NCBI RefSeq assembly: GCF_009914755.1 | Contig: NC_060933.1 | Direction: 5' to 3' (one strand) | Source: the human T2T-CHM13v2.0 reference genome, Homo sapiens | DNA length: 64,000 nucleotides | Part shown: positions 61,310-64,000 of the stretch, one piece after another | How the letters are laid out: each line of letters begins with the position of its first letter | Position numbering within the stretch: the first letter of the stretch is position 1 | Translations under genes and position numbers: made by a program | Notes under the pieces: generated by a model | Told to the model about the DNA's origin: nothing | What the model saw: only the letters and a program-made list of their open reading frames with translations | Databases searched by the model: none

Positions 61310-61439
61310 GTAATGAAGGTGCCTCTGCCGACCCACTCAGCTGTCGTCTGTGAAACCTTAGGAAAAACATTTTCAACACTGCCTGGATTTTAGACCAATG
61401 AATAACTCTGACTTCAAGTGTTTTTTTTTCTCTATTAAG

Positions 61440-61535
61440 CAACTTATTTCTGCTGCCCAGCTACGTTTAAATTATCTACAGATCCTCGGAGAACTCAAGA
61501 CATATGGTGGAAGAATCTTTAATGCTACTTTAATG
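61440..61535 (+). CDS. FRMPD1: FRMPD1 exon 12: QLISAAQLRLNYLQILGELKTYGGRIFNATLM
   Basis: tttttttctctattaag| ... ATG|gtatgt. 96 nt. FERM 'YL..L..YG..F' motif. Confidence 0.95.
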
Positions 61536-63261
61536 GTATGTATTAGAGAACTGTGAAATCCTACTCACGTAAGGGACCTTAGAGATCCTCTGAAAATCAA
61601 TGTGTCTTTTAGCCTAAAATTCCTGAGGACTCTGTCATGTACTAGAATTTGTCTGGTAAACTAAATAGTACACCACTGGAAAATATTTACCACGCGTTTG
61701 CTTGGTGCTACCCCTGTGATAGATGCTAGGGGAAGCAGGGCTGAATAAGATGTGATTTCCGTCCTTGAAGGATGAAACAAGCTACCCAACAAAATGAAGC
61801 AAAGCCATGAGACAGGTTCAGGCCTATTGCTGTGGAGTTTGGAGACAGAAGGTAGCACTGCTTGCTTCAGGGTAAGTATAGGGAGGAGAAGGGGTTAAGG
61901 AAAGAGGCAAGAGGAAGCCTGAATTTGGCCAGACTTCAGTAGAGAGGAAAAGGCATTCTGGGTCAGAAGGGGATGGTAAGCAGTTCACTCTGGAGCTTTG
62001 GGTATATGAAGGTGAAGAGGAAAATTGGAAATCATGAAAGAAAAATAAGAGTGTTTGACTGCCAAGCTGAGTCTCTGATTGTTCAGAAGGGAGGAATGAG
62101 GGGTGGGCCTGAGAAGAGAAACGAGAAGCAGAAAAGCCCTCTGCTCTCTTCCCATTCTCCTGCCTGCTTCTTTTTGGAGCCTAGGCCTAGAGCTTGTGCC
62201 TTTCAGCAGTCAGTGTCTCGGGGGTATGGTTTCAGAGAGCTTTCCTCCAGCACTGTCAGCCCCAGGACTCTGCAGCACAAAACCAATTTACAATTAGAGT
62301 GGGGTTTTAAAAAAATATTAACCAAAATCCTTTCAAAAGATTTGGTATGCATCTCAGTCATTTACAGTGATGGGCCAATGTAATCAGACTGCTAACCTAA
62401 CAATGTAGATGGAAGAAGAGAATCAGTGTTTTGAAAGAAAGGAAGAGCATCAGATAGTTAGGGGAAGGGGAAACACAGATGGATTCTTCGTTTAAGTAGA
62501 AGACCCAAAAGGTGGGAAAGAGACTAGATCACAGAAAGGAAAGTTTTGAAGGTACAAGAAAAACTTCCCAATTTTTCTAAGGGCTAATTCTACCCTCTCC
62601 CAGCTGTCCAGTTCCAGTCCCCAGTCTCCCTTTACCTTTCTTGTCTAAGGAAAGAACTGGTAGTGGGAGAAGCAACCAGCTACATGGAACAGGTTCAGGG
62701 TGCTTGCTGGGCACTGCGGGTTACAAATAGAGATAAATGCAGACTCTGTTGTCAAGAAACTTAATGTGGAAAATGAGACTTAATACAAATAATTAAAATA
62801 AGAAGTCATAAGTGTTCAGTGCTAGTAGAGAAGTAAGAGGAAGTGGTACAGAACAACAGAGAGGAAAGGGAGATTTCTGGCTTAAGGAGGCTGAGATCAG
62901 GCAGATGCTTTCCATAGGCAGTAGGTTTTGATGTAAGCTTTTAAAGAAGGATCAGGATTTAAATGGGAAATGATGGCAGGGAAGGGATTCAAAGAGCAGG
63001 AAGATAGGTACATAGGTGTGAAAATACAGATGTGTTTATGGCTGTGGCTCAGGGCTATATTGGAAAGAGTTTTGGGGAAATAAATTTACACTTTGATTTA
63101 GCTGTTGATGGGGTCCAAGTTAGGCAATAGTCTGGAGGAGTGGTGGTTAGGATCCAAAGTAGGAATCAAGGAGTTTGCAGCGAGAGGTATTATTGCTTAC
63201 ATGTGAAATGTATTTTCACTCGCTTGCGAATGGAGACTAATTCCCCTTCCACCCTCTGCAG

Positions 63262-63444
63262 TTACAGGATAGAGAATCCTACATTGCCCTTCTAGTTGGA
63301 GCCAAGTATGGGATTAGCCAGGTTATCAATAGCAAACTCAACATCATGTCCACATTGGCAGAGTTTGCAAACATCAGCCGTGTAGAGCTAACGGAAGAGT
63401 CTGAGAAAGTGAGCGTCGTCAAAGTGTATCTTCAGGACGTCAAG
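63262..63444 (+). CDS. FRMPD1: FRMPD1 exon 13: LQDRESYIALLVGAKYGISQVINSKLNIMSTLAEFANISRVELTEESEKVSVVKVYLQDVK (FERM F3); gene continues beyond the window
   Basis: Branch-like gactaat, ctctgcag| ... AAG|gtaaca. 183 nt, cumulative 1401 nt open. Confidence 0.96.
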
Positions 63445-63713
63445 GTAACACAATGGGGAGAGATTCTGAATTCAACTGCTGGAATTTGGGGCCAAATAGG
63501 GGCCAGGCTAGTTTATATGAATTTTAAATAATAATAAAGTCTAATGTCCAATATCTGCTTAAGAGGACGAATTGTCCATCCTGTTCTATCAAACGGAAAG
63601 TGGTAAATGGTAAATTTTCCTGAAGAGGTCCTAAAAGGTTTTTTTGCACAAACTGAGATGGACCATGTGCTTTCCTGTTGGATTTAGAAACGTAGATGGA
63701 GAACACCAGAGGA

Positions 63714-64000
<287 letters not shown>

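Overview
Primate (human-like) genomic DNA, not prokaryotic. The window holds the 5' half of FRMPD1 (FERM and PDZ domain-containing 1) on the + strand. Twelve coding exons splice with GT-AG boundaries into one open frame of 1401 nt (467 codons: MEELETSLFQ..., a PDZ domain, then most of the FERM domain). The non-coding first exon lies upstream of the window and the rest of the gene lies downstream. Introns are dense with transposable elements: a full-length THE1 MaLR provirus with a 5-bp TSD, about 30 Alus (several nested or chimeric), L1/L2/CR1/MIR remnants, hAT DNA transposons, microsatellites and a 6x90-bp minisatellite. Most ORFs in the supplied track are Alu or repeat artefacts. I found no novel self-contained system. 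The best leads are regulatory: (i) a candidate internal first exon in intron 5 (MAEVG|GTAAGT) giving a PDZ-less isoform; (ii) a near-perfect Maf/NRL site beside a strong donor and CRX-type sites in intron 1; (iii) an AG|GTAAAT recursive-splice-like site at the start-codon exon. Exon numbering assumes one upstream non-coding exon. Repeat subfamily calls are by eye and need RepeatMasker/Dfam confirmation.
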